NCBI GenBank assembly: GCA_050954885.1
Contig: JBPBPI010000117.1
Coordinates: 7,333 to 31,332, forward strand
From: Janthinobacterium lividum
GTDB taxonomy: Bacteria > Pseudomonadota > Alphaproteobacteria > Caedimonadales > Caedimonadaceae
Length of the DNA: 24,000 bases
Direction of reading: 5' to 3'
The position numbers and the translations under genes are program-made. A model generated the notes under the pieces. That model was given only the letters and a program-made list of their open reading frames with translations. It did no database searches and had not been told where the DNA came from. Below, in pieces: positions 1 to 9,434 of the stretch; within the stretch, counting starts at the first letter, position 1, and every line of letters starts with the position of its first letter.

Positions 1-300
1 ATAAAATTAAAATTTCTAAAAAATATTTTGATCAACATATAAGGTTTTTTTATAAATAGCAAATTATTTATCATTTAACTTTATTTATGGATAAAGATAA
101 AATAAGTCAATGAATTGGTGACGTTAGAGTATTATTTTAAAGAGCTAAATCTTTAAAATAATTTTCCAAACGTGACATATTATATAACTTTTAAATGATA
201 AAATGTTTTAATGTTAACATTAATTCATTGATAACCATCATTTCTTAATTTTATATTTTTAAAATTAAAAACGAATTATTTAAATTGTAAGTTTAATATT

Positions 301-1257
301 TTAATTTGAATTGAGATACCAAAAAACAGTTTTAGCAATTCCTTGATGAGCATTTATACTTGGATTATATCCAAATGCATTACAAGCTTTAGAAATATCA
401 GCATAAGAATGTGTAATGTCTCCTGGACGAAAATCTCGATAGGTAGCCTCAATATTTTCTTTATCTAGAGCTTTTCTTATTTCATTAAATAATTCATTTA
501 AAGTTACACGTCCTCCAGCAGCAATATTAAACACAGTATGACCTTTTATGTTATAGTTTAAAGCTGCGATGTTCGCATCAACGACATTTTTAATGTAGGT
601 AAAATCTCGCGAGGTATTTCCATCGCCATTGATATAAACAGGTTCATCATGAATAAGATTGTCAATCCAAAGTGGTATAACTGCTGCATAGGCGCCTTTC
701 GGATTTTGACGAGGTCCGAAAACATTAAAATAACGCAATCCTATTATGGACATATCATAACAACGAGCGAAAACATCTCCGTATGATTCATTAATAGCCT
801 TTGTAAGTGCATAAGGAGATAATAAATTACCCTTGTCTGTTTCTTCTTTTGGAAGTTTTTCAGAATCCCCATAAACAGAACTTGAAGAGGCATACAAAAA
901 TTTGCTGACTTTACATTTTTGAGCAGCTGTTAACATGTTAACAAATCCGGTCACATTTACATCTGTTGAAATATGAGGTGTTTCAAGAGAACGTGGAACG
1001 CTACCTAATGCTGCTTGATGAAGAACAACATCGACATCTTCCATCATTTTTAAACATAAACTATAATCTCTAATATCACCTTCAACAAAACTAAATTTTT
1101 GACGAGGATTTGAGATTGAATTTTTTATATCTTCTATATTATGTCGAAATCCTGTTGAAAAATTGTCAAGGCCAATAATTTCATAACCTTTTTCAAGAAG
1201 ATCAATTGCAAGATTACTGCCAATAAAACCCGCAACTCCACTGATAAAAATACGCAT
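301..1257 (-). CDS. NAD-dependent sugar-nucleotide epimerase/dehydratase (extended SDR; WbpP/TviC/WbgU-like UDP-HexNAc(A) 4-epimerase)
   Basis: The track ORF is 301-1332. The Rossmann motif MRIFISGVAGFIGSNL begins at Met26, so the start is set at 1257. LDNFSTG, YASSSSVYG and the catalytic YxxxK (SPYALTK) are typical of this epimerase family. The stop is TAA. Confidence 0.85.
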   Translation of the reverse strand: MRIFISGVAGFIGSNLAIDLLEKGYEIIGLDNFSTGFRHNIEDIKNSISNPRQKFSFVEGDIRDYSLCLKMMEDVDVVLHQAALGSVPRSLETPHISTDVNVTGFVNMLTAAQKCKVSKFLYASSSSVYGDSEKLPKEETDKGNLLSPYALTKAINESYGDVFARCYDMSIIGLRYFNVFGPRQNPKGAYAAVIPLWIDNLIHDEPVYINGDGNTSRDFTYIKNVVDANIAALNYNIKGHTVFNIAAGGRVTLNELFNEIRKALDKENIEATYRDFRPGDITHSYADISKACNAFGYNPSINAHQGIAKTVFWYLNSN

Positions 1258-1595
1258 AACTTTAACTATGTTCCAATGATTTTTTTTGTAAAAAGATAAT
1301 ATATTTCTATCTAATTTTTTATCAACACACAACTAGTTTTAATTTAATCAAATAGTTTTAATTGATTATAGTTGATAACATAAAAATTTATTTTTAAAAT
1401 ATTATACTAAATTCAAGCAAAGTACCTTTTTGTTGCAGTTGAGTTATCACATTTTTGGAATACCGCATACCAATGAAATTCAATTGTTCTAGAAAAAATT
1501 TATGTATAATACAGAATGCTGATTATCTCATCTATATTAACATCATCACTTATACTTAAAATTAGTCCAATAATTATTAATAAATATGCTAACTA

Positions 1596-2825
1596 TCAAA
1601 GATGTTTTGTAATAGAGTTTAAAATTTTGATGACATTTTCTGCTTGCGTTTCTCGGCTGTAAAGTTTAGAGGCTTGATAACTGGCTTGTTTAAATTTTGC
1701 CATCATATCTGGATCTTGTTTAAGTTTTATAATAGTATCAGCAAGTAATTGACTTTTTCCAGAATAAATAAAAAGACCACATTTGTTTTTTTCAACAAGT
1801 TCTTTTGACTCTCCACCAGGCGATACAACTAATAAAGGTAACCCCATGGCCATTGCTTCAAACATTTTAGACGGAATAACTTTTTTGAAAATCTTATCAT
1901 CTTTCAAATGGATAATGGCTATATCACAGATACTCCAAAAAGCAGGTATTTTTTTCTTAGGCTGCAGCGGAAAAAAATGAACATTAGAAAGTTGTTGTTT
2001 TTGAGCATATGAAACTAATTTTTCTTTTTCTGCGCCTTCTCCAACAAATAAAAAGTGTACTGACGTATCTTTTTGCAAAATTTCAGCCGCGTATAAAATA
2101 TTAATCAAGTCATGAGCCATACCATGAGTTCCTGTATACCCTATAACAAATTTTTCTTTGAGAATTTCTGTTTCTTGTAATAAATTTACATTTTTATCTT
2201 GAGGATGATAAAGAGTTAAATCCACCGCATTTAAGACCACATGTATTTTTTCAGAATTAATCCCTCTTTGTTGCAAGTTTATTTTGAATGAAGAGGTTAA
2301 ACAAACGATTGCTGCTGCTTTTTTGTATAAAAAAAGTTCAATTTTTTCCAAAAATCTATAAATAAAGGAATCACTTAAAAATCCGACACCTTTGATAGAC
2401 TCCGGCCATAAATCACCCACTTCGAAAACGAAAGGACGGCGATGAATAACAGAAAGAATCCAACCTGCAATAGCTGTAAAAAATTGGGGTGAGGTGATCA
2501 TAACAACATCATGTTTTTTGATAAATATTCCAAAAAATATAGCGCTCATCATGAATGAAATAAAATCTAGTGTGCGTAACATAAACCCTTCATTAGATGA
2601 TATGAAAGTTTTTACCCGAATAACACGAATGCCATTCATTATTTCTTCTTGATACCATTTATTTTTGTAACCCTCAAAAACTTTACCTTTCGGAAAATTT
2701 GGTGCGCAAGTTAGAATTGTTACTTCATGCCCATTTTTCACCCAATAACAAGCGCGTTCATAAACACGGGTTGCTGCTGCATTTACTTCAGGTGGAAAGT
2801 TATCTGTTAAAAAAAGAATCTTCAT
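1596..2825 (-). CDS. Family 4 glycosyltransferase (WbuB-like)
   Basis: 409 aa. The N-terminus MKILFLTDNFPPEVNAAATRVYE is characteristic of WbuB-type GT4 enzymes. The C-terminal region PSKMFEAMAMGLPLLV is the GT4 E-x7-E type nucleotide-sugar binding region. The start ATG overlaps the upstream gene stop by 4 nt (ATGA at 2822-2825). Confidence 0.85.
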   Translation of the reverse strand: MKILFLTDNFPPEVNAAATRVYERACYWVKNGHEVTILTCAPNFPKGKVFEGYKNKWYQEEIMNGIRVIRVKTFISSNEGFMLRTLDFISFMMSAIFFGIFIKKHDVVMITSPQFFTAIAGWILSVIHRRPFVFEVGDLWPESIKGVGFLSDSFIYRFLEKIELFLYKKAAAIVCLTSSFKINLQQRGINSEKIHVVLNAVDLTLYHPQDKNVNLLQETEILKEKFVIGYTGTHGMAHDLINILYAAEILQKDTSVHFLFVGEGAEKEKLVSYAQKQQLSNVHFFPLQPKKKIPAFWSICDIAIIHLKDDKIFKKVIPSKMFEAMAMGLPLLVVSPGGESKELVEKNKCGLFIYSGKSQLLADTIIKLKQDPDMMAKFKQASYQASKLYSRETQAENVIKILNSITKHL

Positions 2826-4456
2826 TTACAATCCCATGTTATGGAAGTATTCCAAGGAGCATTAACTTTTGTGGTTAAGCTTACTTTAATCTTTTGATTT
2901 GGCTCATGTTGATGATACTCACAGCTCCAAACTGAGGGTTGCAAAAAACATAATGTTTTTTGATCAAATTCTAAATAAACCCTTTTTTCCTTTTTTGAAA
3001 AAATAAAATGATGGTGATCTTTTTGAACAACTTGCCAAGAGGGATGAATGTGAAAAAATAGCTCAGCTTTATGTTCACCTTTTCCCTGTAAAATATCTTT
3101 AATTTTAAGACTTGTTGGATTTAAGAAAAAACACCGTTCGTGATAAACACCATATTTTTTTAAATAGCCATCATGACGTGCACCGAAAATTTTTGTCTCT
3201 TTTTCTTCTTTTGTAAATAAATTTGAAACGCGTGCGCGTTCAGCAACACGAAAAGCACTCCAAACATGAGAAGAATTTTCATGATAAAGACAAAGTGTAT
3301 TATGGGCAGATGTACCTCTTTCTTCATGACGAACAGAATTATTATCATAAGTAGAAATGCCTCTATTGATAAATAAACGTTCACCATACAACGATAATTC
3401 AAAAGAAAATGTTTCAGCATGAGCGTGTCCAGGCTGATAATTTGGTGCAATCGATCCCATATCAGCGACAAGATAAACATCTTGGTTTTTTGCCATAACA
3501 AATTGAGAATTTTTCATAAAATGTAAAGCTAGAGACGTATCTTTTACAGAAATATTTAGCCTTTTGGCATAAGATGAAAGTTCTTCAAAAGAGCTGGAAA
3601 TGCCAAATGTTGTGTCATTAAAAAAGCTAATATCACCATCAGGATGAATCATAGAATTTAACCATCTAAACATTTGATAAGCATTTTTCTCTAAAGTTTC
3701 TTTTAATTCAAAAGGAAATTTTAACATTTTGCTCAAATTTATAAGATCTAGAACATCTTCAAGAATAATAGCATGATACATAGGTGAGCGTTCAAAATGT
3801 CCACCATCATCCAATATTTGTTCTTGCATTTGAGTCTTAAGAATAGAAAATCCCTTTTCCTTCCATTTTTGTGCATGAATACTATGAAAAATACAGCCTG
3901 AGAAAATTAATGCTTTTGCATTTTCAAACAAGTGATTTCCAAGCAAGTGAAATTCTAGTTGATTCATCAAAGATTGTGTTTGAAGACTTAAACTTTCCCA
4001 AAAACCCTGAGGAACAACTTTGTACCTAAAATAAAATTTTATCCAATTTACAATTCTTAATGAAAGTGTATAAGGCTCCCATCCGTTACCTATTTGAGGG
4101 GGATTTTTTTCTATCCAATCCAAAATTAAAGAAAATTTTGTCTCGATGTTTAGATCTGAACATAAAAAATCGTGATAATGAAGATTATATAACCACAGTT
4201 TGGATTGGCTTACGTCATTCCATCCATGTTTAAGATCACCTTGTTGATTTAAAAAAGTAAATTTCCATGGATTTTCAGAAATCAATGATGATTTTTTTGA
4301 AATTGACGAGATCCAAAGATTCAAGTCAATATTTTGAGTATGAATTTGAATTGAAACTAATTTAGGCCTCTTTATTATTTTTCTTTGAATGCGCCAATAA
4401 AGTTGAGATATCTTCAAATATTTTAAAGTTTGAACATATAGTCGAATTTTTTTCAT
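2822..4456 (-). CDS. Heparinase II/III-like (alginate-lyase-fold) protein with no signal peptide
   Basis: 544 aa. Blocks such as LGNHLFENAKAL, DDGGHFERSPMYH and GHAHAETFSFEL match my recollection of heparinase II/III-family proteins found in O-antigen/capsule loci. The N-terminus MKKIRLYVQTLKYLKISQLYWRIQRK is basic, not hydrophobic, which suggests a cytoplasmic protein. Confidence 0.75.
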   Translation of the reverse strand: MKKIRLYVQTLKYLKISQLYWRIQRKIIKRPKLVSIQIHTQNIDLNLWISSISKKSSLISENPWKFTFLNQQGDLKHGWNDVSQSKLWLYNLHYHDFLCSDLNIETKFSLILDWIEKNPPQIGNGWEPYTLSLRIVNWIKFYFRYKVVPQGFWESLSLQTQSLMNQLEFHLLGNHLFENAKALIFSGCIFHSIHAQKWKEKGFSILKTQMQEQILDDGGHFERSPMYHAIILEDVLDLINLSKMLKFPFELKETLEKNAYQMFRWLNSMIHPDGDISFFNDTTFGISSSFEELSSYAKRLNISVKDTSLALHFMKNSQFVMAKNQDVYLVADMGSIAPNYQPGHAHAETFSFELSLYGERLFINRGISTYDNNSVRHEERGTSAHNTLCLYHENSSHVWSAFRVAERARVSNLFTKEEKETKIFGARHDGYLKKYGVYHERCFFLNPTSLKIKDILQGKGEHKAELFFHIHPSWQVVQKDHHHFIFSKKEKRVYLEFDQKTLCFLQPSVWSCEYHQHEPNQKIKVSLTTKVNAPWNTSITWDCK

Positions 4457-4465
4457 GAAATCAAT

Positions 4466-6604
4466 TTATGCCCAAGTTTGTTCAGCTATATCAATAGTAA
4501 CCTGTGCAACCTCAAAAATTTCTTCAATTGAAATAGGTGATGATTTTCCAGACGAAATACTTTGAACAAAATTTTCAACACAAATGTTTTGGCCTTTATC
4601 TTGACGCCATCTTTTCATAGATTTAAATTTATTCCAGCCATATCCTTTGAGAGAAAGATAATTATCCATAACAAGAATTTTTCCCTCGCAGAAAACTTGT
4701 AAAACTTCCTTGGCATAAGAAGAATGTCCCGATGATATATAATTAATTGATCCCCACGAACCATCTTCAAAACCTAAAGAAATTGTTACACAATCACTTT
4801 GTTGAAGAGCTAAATTTGGCTGAGATATGACATAAGATTTGATAATACGAGAGTTTGCAAGATATCTTAAAAGATCAACAAAATGACAAGCTTCACCAAT
4901 AATACGTCCACCTTGTGACCTGCTTTGTGTCCAATGATCAGAAGGAATAGATCCTGCGTTTACAGTCATTATAAAAGATTTTGGCGAATGAATTGTATCT
5001 AATAATTCTTTTATTTTTAAAATAAAAGGTGAAAAACGTCTATTAAAACCCACCATCAAAATTGGTAAAATATTCTTATTTTCAATTTTTTGCAAATAAC
5101 AATTCTTTACTTTTTCTAATTCTTCAAACGTGACAACAAGAGGTTTTTCAACAAAAACATGTTTTCCAGCATCTAATGATTTACAAATCCAATGAGCATG
5201 ACTATCGTGCCGTGTTCCAATGACAACAGCTGAGACATCAGGATTTTTAAAAATGCTTTCTGTATTTGTTGTTATATGATGAAATTTATATTTTGTACCA
5301 ACATGATTTGAAGAGATACCATTTTTCGATGAAATTGTATGTAATTGAGCTGATGTTTTAGAAAATTGAGGAATTAAAATACGACTTATGTAATTTCCAG
5401 CCCCAATAAAAGCTAAATTTGGATGATTATTTTGTTTTATCTCTAGAAATTTAGAAATATCGATGCTTTTTGTTCGTTCTAAGATATTCTTATTTTCTTT
5501 AGGGTAATCTAACAAAATTCCTAAAGACCATTCATCGCTTGTAATTAACTTATATGCAAGATCTGCTTGTGAGAATTCAAAACGATGAGAAATTAAAGGA
5601 TTGAGATTAATTCTTTGATCAGCCAAAAGGTCAAGAAATGCTTCCATATTTCTTTGTGCTGTCCAACGTACAAAACCAAAAGGATAATCTTGAGCATCTT
5701 GTTCGTAAGAATCATCATATCTTCCAGGACCATAGGAACATGATACTTGAAATGTTAGTTCTTTTTCATAAAAATCGGCTCTGGATAACTCAAGTCCTGT
5801 CACCCCAACCAAAATAATACGGCCTCTCTTACGACACATGGTTGCTGCTTGATGAATAGGATCGTGACTTTTGGTAGACAATGTGAGAATAGCACCATCA
5901 ATACCGCGACCTTGCGTTAAATGATGGGCAAAAGAGAGAGGATCTTCACCTTTTTTCAAATTAACAATTTCTGCACCAAATTCTTTGGCAAGGCTAAGTT
6001 TCTTTTCATCAAAATCAAGAGCAATAACTCTACATCCATTGGCGCGTAAAATTTGAATTGTTAAAAGTCCCAAAATACCTGTTCCAAATACAGCAAAGGT
6101 TTCTCCAATTGTAGGAGATGCTAAACGAATTCCTTGCATAGCGATGGCACCGAGAACTGAAAAAGAAGCTTCAGTATCTGATACGGATTCAGGGATCAAG
6201 GCACAAAGTGTTGTGGGGACAGAAACCAAGTCAGCATGAGAACCATTTGAGACAACACGATCACCTATTTTAAAAGAAGTTACATGACGACCAATTTCTG
6301 CAACAACGCCTACATTAGAATATCCCATAGAAATAGGTTGATCTAGTTTGCTTTGAATTGTCTCAAATGTTGTTAATAATCCCTCAGACTTAATTTTATT
6401 TAAAACAACTTTTACTTTATCAGGTTGACTTTTAATTTTTCCTAACCAACTCGATTGTCCAAATTCAACCAACATTCTTTCTGTGCCCGAAGAAATAAGA
6501 CTATTACAAGATTTTATAATTAGTCCATTTGAACTTACTGAAGGCGCTGGAATATCAACAATACTTGTATGGCCAGTTTTTAAGTTTTGTAAAAGTTGTT
6601 TCAT
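4466..6604 (-). CDS. Bi-domain oxidoreductase: N-terminal MDR/zinc-type alcohol dehydrogenase-like domain fused to a C-terminal Gfo/Idh/MocA oxidoreductase domain
   Basis: 712 aa. The N-terminal half carries an MDR-like Rossmann motif, AVFGTGILGLLTIQILRANGCRVIALD. The C-terminal half carries LAFIGAGNYISR and the classic Gfo/Idh/MocA block DAGKHVFVEKPL. The gene ends 9 nt upstream of the heparinase-like gene. Confidence 0.8.
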   Translation of the reverse strand: MKQLLQNLKTGHTSIVDIPAPSVSSNGLIIKSCNSLISSGTERMLVEFGQSSWLGKIKSQPDKVKVVLNKIKSEGLLTTFETIQSKLDQPISMGYSNVGVVAEIGRHVTSFKIGDRVVSNGSHADLVSVPTTLCALIPESVSDTEASFSVLGAIAMQGIRLASPTIGETFAVFGTGILGLLTIQILRANGCRVIALDFDEKKLSLAKEFGAEIVNLKKGEDPLSFAHHLTQGRGIDGAILTLSTKSHDPIHQAATMCRKRGRIILVGVTGLELSRADFYEKELTFQVSCSYGPGRYDDSYEQDAQDYPFGFVRWTAQRNMEAFLDLLADQRINLNPLISHRFEFSQADLAYKLITSDEWSLGILLDYPKENKNILERTKSIDISKFLEIKQNNHPNLAFIGAGNYISRILIPQFSKTSAQLHTISSKNGISSNHVGTKYKFHHITTNTESIFKNPDVSAVVIGTRHDSHAHWICKSLDAGKHVFVEKPLVVTFEELEKVKNCYLQKIENKNILPILMVGFNRRFSPFILKIKELLDTIHSPKSFIMTVNAGSIPSDHWTQSRSQGGRIIGEACHFVDLLRYLANSRIIKSYVISQPNLALQQSDCVTISLGFEDGSWGSINYISSGHSSYAKEVLQVFCEGKILVMDNYLSLKGYGWNKFKSMKRWRQDKGQNICVENFVQSISSGKSSPISIEEIFEVAQVTIDIAEQTWA

Positions 6605-6692
6605 GGTTATCCATCTAAAGTTAGCTTGTATAATGACGAAAAATTTTAGCTTTAAGCTATGTTAAAAAAAACTCATGACAATTAAATTAATT

Positions 6693-7949
6693 TTAGGACA
6701 TTAACTTAGTCGATATATTGCTAGTTTCCTCATTCTTGAATCTAGAGATAAAAAAAATCGTGTAAACAGAAAAATAGATAAAATAAGTCATATTTAAACA
6801 CCAAATCAAACCATATATACCAAAAAATGAAAAAGCAGGCCAAGAAAAAATTAAAGAAGATATAAAGGCAATCAGAGGTGAATAAACAACAATTTTGTGC
6901 ATATGACACGAGGCTACGTAACTACTAATTATGCTAATTAAAGACAGAAGTAAAAACGATGGTAGAAGGTGAACAAGCATAGTAAAGGATTCTAAAAAAT
7001 CTTTGCCATACATAAGTAAAATAATAGGTTTAAAAGAAAAATACACAAATATTATAAAAAACAAAGAAAATATAAAAAATATCAATAAAATTTTGGCTGT
7101 AATATTTCGTCTTTCACTATCACTATTAATTTGACAAAATTTAGGATATAAAAAACTATTGATCGATAAAGAAAAAACAGCAAATATTTCTATAAAGCTA
7201 TAGGCTGTTGCATATAAACCTAATGTTTTTTCGTCAGTATATAAAGGTATAAGTAGAAAATTTAAACGTGTTATAGCAAATCCTAAAAAAGTTGCAAAAT
7301 GATTTTTTATCATAAAAAAAGAATAATTTTTTAAAATACTTAGATCTAAAAAATTTTTTATATCATATAATTCTTTAATATTAATTAAGAAAAATAAACA
7401 AACTATACCATAGATAATAAAACTTAATGTATTTGCTATAAAAAAATGAAAATAATTTGCAACACTAACATTAACTAAAATAATACAAATAGAAATATAA
7501 ATTGTATTTTTCATAATTTCTAATTTGTTTACTAAATTAATTTGCATCAGCCCCAATAAAATATTTGAGAAAAACAATCCTGATAAGTTAAAAAAAACAA
7601 AACATAAGATGATGAATCGTTCTTGAAGAGAAAAAGTATAAAAGTGAGGAAAAATTTTTAGTAAAAAAATAAGTACCAGAATTGATATAATTATTAAAAT
7701 TAAAAATGAGTTGGCAATCACTTTTTTAATAGATTGAGGATTTTTTGAAATGAAATACGAATTCATACTTGGAATACCAAGGGTAAAAAATTGAGATAGA
7801 GTGAGAGCAATTGTCAGTAAAAAAGCTAGATATCCTCGTCCTTCAGGTCCTAAATATCGTGATGTGACAATACTACTTACAACAGCCACTATTAAATTAA
7901 TAATTTTGGTTGTAAAAGAATTTAAAAATAGGTTTAACAATTCTTTCAA
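6693..7949 (-). CDS. Polysaccharide/oligosaccharide flippase (Wzx/MOP superfamily), polytopic membrane protein
   Basis: 418 aa, extremely hydrophobic, with about 12 predicted TM stretches by eye. The N-terminal motif SRYLGPEGRGYLAF is typical of Wzx-like polysaccharide biosynthesis proteins. The start is TTG at 7949, since an in-frame stop at 7980-7982 leaves no upstream ATG. GC content is very low. Confidence 0.75.
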   Translation of the reverse strand: MKELLNLFLNSFTTKIINLIVAVVSSIVTSRYLGPEGRGYLAFLLTIALTLSQFFTLGIPSMNSYFISKNPQSIKKVIANSFLILIIISILVLIFLLKIFPHFYTFSLQERFIILCFVFFNLSGLFFSNILLGLMQINLVNKLEIMKNTIYISICIILVNVSVANYFHFFIANTLSFIIYGIVCLFFLINIKELYDIKNFLDLSILKNYSFFMIKNHFATFLGFAITRLNFLLIPLYTDEKTLGLYATAYSFIEIFAVFSLSINSFLYPKFCQINSDSERRNITAKILLIFFIFSLFFIIFVYFSFKPIILLMYGKDFLESFTMLVHLLPSFLLLSLISIISSYVASCHMHKIVVYSPLIAFISSLIFSWPAFSFFGIYGLIWCLNMTYFIYFSVYTIFFISRFKNEETSNISTKLMS

Positions 7950-8360
7950 AATAAAAATTACCTTTCTTAATACTATTTCTCATTATTTAATTTAGAATTG
8001 TATTGAGATTTAAAATTTTTTAAAATAAATATAAATTTTATTGAGAAAATTATACTTTTAATATTATATTAACCTTTTGATACATCTACAATTAGATGTT
8101 ATATCAGCTTAAATAAAATATTATCATTGCATTACCTAATTAAGATCTGAATTAATCAACTATTTTTTGAAATAAAATTTTTTACCATGTAACACTTTTT
8201 TTTGATATAAAAAATTAATCATAAAATAATTTATTAAAAATATGATTAATAATCTTCTTATTAAACATATATGTATTTTTATGCAACGAGCCAAATGTCA
8301 AATTTAATTCAAGAAATTGGCTTTATACCGTATGCTGTTTCCGCAATTGATAACACACAA

Positions 8361-9434
8361 TTATTTTATATCATGGGTCATGAGCGAAGGGTCATCGCCT
8401 GATAAAATGACTTGCTCGTCGTCATGTTTTAAGGTGTGCTGCTTCAGCCAGGAACTCCACCCAAGATAGGTATGCTGCCCCAATCGGGTAGCATCCACGC
8501 CTGCAGCTTTAATGATAAATTGAATATCAAATTTTTGTGATGATCCCAAATAAAATCGGATCAAATCACATAGTTTTCTATATTGATCGTGATGGGGCAA
8601 AAAAGAATGAAATTGCGCGCGTGTCAGAGGTCCTAATTGAATTGCAATTTTTTGCATGGCATTCCAAACGTGAGTGCCCAACATCGCCCCTTGACCCAAT
8701 CTGTTGAAATGTTCTGGGATCATCAATCGGGTTTGTTGATCGACCTCGATATCCTCCCATCCACCTACAAAAGGCACAATATCAACATTATGTTTAAAAT
8801 AGTGATGCAACAACGTTTTCAGCCCTTCAGTAGACCTAGGTTGTTGCCAAAATAAACCTGCATAAAATAACAATTTGTGATCTGGGAAGGCCAATCTTTT
8901 CTGTAAGTGAGGTGTGCCTAGCCCCAAGAAATCATAGGTGACTTGAGCAATACGTGTTTGCTCAGGGTTTCGACTGTCAAGGCCAATCCAATATTTACAT
9001 CGAATACGATGAAAAATTGACAACAAACGATGATTGAAAATGTCTAGAAAATTACTGGCGGTTGTGTTACCGAGCTTAAAACAGTCATAAATTTGCTCGC
9101 TATAAGCCATAGGTAAGGGACCATTGGACCCTGCAATACCCAAAAAATTTACCTGACAGATAATTTTGGTTTGTAATGATTTAACATGAGACGGCAGAAA
9201 AATTGTGTGAGTTTCTTTGGTAATATCATAAAGGTCGCTAGGCGGATAAGAAAATAAAATGCGTGATTTTAGATAAATAACTTCATTTTCTGGTAAAGGA
9301 CTTTCGCCCAAAGGCATTGCATGAGGATACATGTGGGCCAAGATTTTAAGAGCTTGATGAAATTCAAAAAGATAAGCTTGATCGTAAAGCTGATCTGCTA
9401 GAGAAGGGGTTTGCTGCCGGACATCGGGGACCAT
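8361..9434 (-). CDS. tssG: Type VI secretion system baseplate subunit TssG (ImpH/VasB family)
   Basis: 357 aa. Conserved TssG blocks are present: FEFHQALKIL, GIAGSNGPLP, FLDIFNHRLLSIF, GLGTPHLQ, FYAGLF, and LGWSSWL near the C-terminus. The start overlaps the end of tssF by 37 nt. Confidence 0.88.
   Translation of the reverse strand: MVPDVRQQTPSLADQLYDQAYLFEFHQALKILAHMYPHAMPLGESPLPENEVIYLKSRILFSYPPSDLYDITKETHTIFLPSHVKSLQTKIICQVNFLGIAGSNGPLPMAYSEQIYDCFKLGNTTASNFLDIFNHRLLSIFHRIRCKYWIGLDSRNPEQTRIAQVTYDFLGLGTPHLQKRLAFPDHKLLFYAGLFWQQPRSTEGLKTLLHHYFKHNVDIVPFVGGWEDIEVDQQTRLMIPEHFNRLGQGAMLGTHVWNAMQKIAIQLGPLTRAQFHSFLPHHDQYRKLCDLIRFYLGSSQKFDIQFIIKAAGVDATRLGQHTYLGWSSWLKQHTLKHDDEQVILSGDDPSLMTHDIK

Noticed and set aside
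131-162. A perfect 13-bp inverted repeat, ATTATTTTAAAGA / TCTTTAAAATAAT, with a 6-nt loop, downstream of the epimerase gene.
   Set aside because: The stem is almost entirely A/T, with one G-C pair, in DNA of about 15% GC. There is no T-run on the minus strand that would make it the epimerase terminator. It is likely a chance or very weak structure.
1258-1332. A 25-codon N-terminal extension of the epimerase ORF (MCVDKKLDRNILSFYKKNHWNIVKV).
   Set aside because: In this family the Rossmann GxxGxxG motif sits at the very N-terminus, and Met26 (MRIFISGVAGFIGS) fits that. The extension is probably untranslated.
7950-8360. I searched the AT-rich spacer upstream of the polysaccharide operon for a JUMPStart/ops element (GGCGGTAG), att-like repeats, tRNA fragments, and a terminator for tssG.
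   Set aside because: No ops motif or its complement is present. Only short stems of 5-7 bp were found (for example ACATCTA/TAGATGT at about 8083-8100 and GCCAA/TTGGC at 8290-8321). There is nothing tRNA-like.
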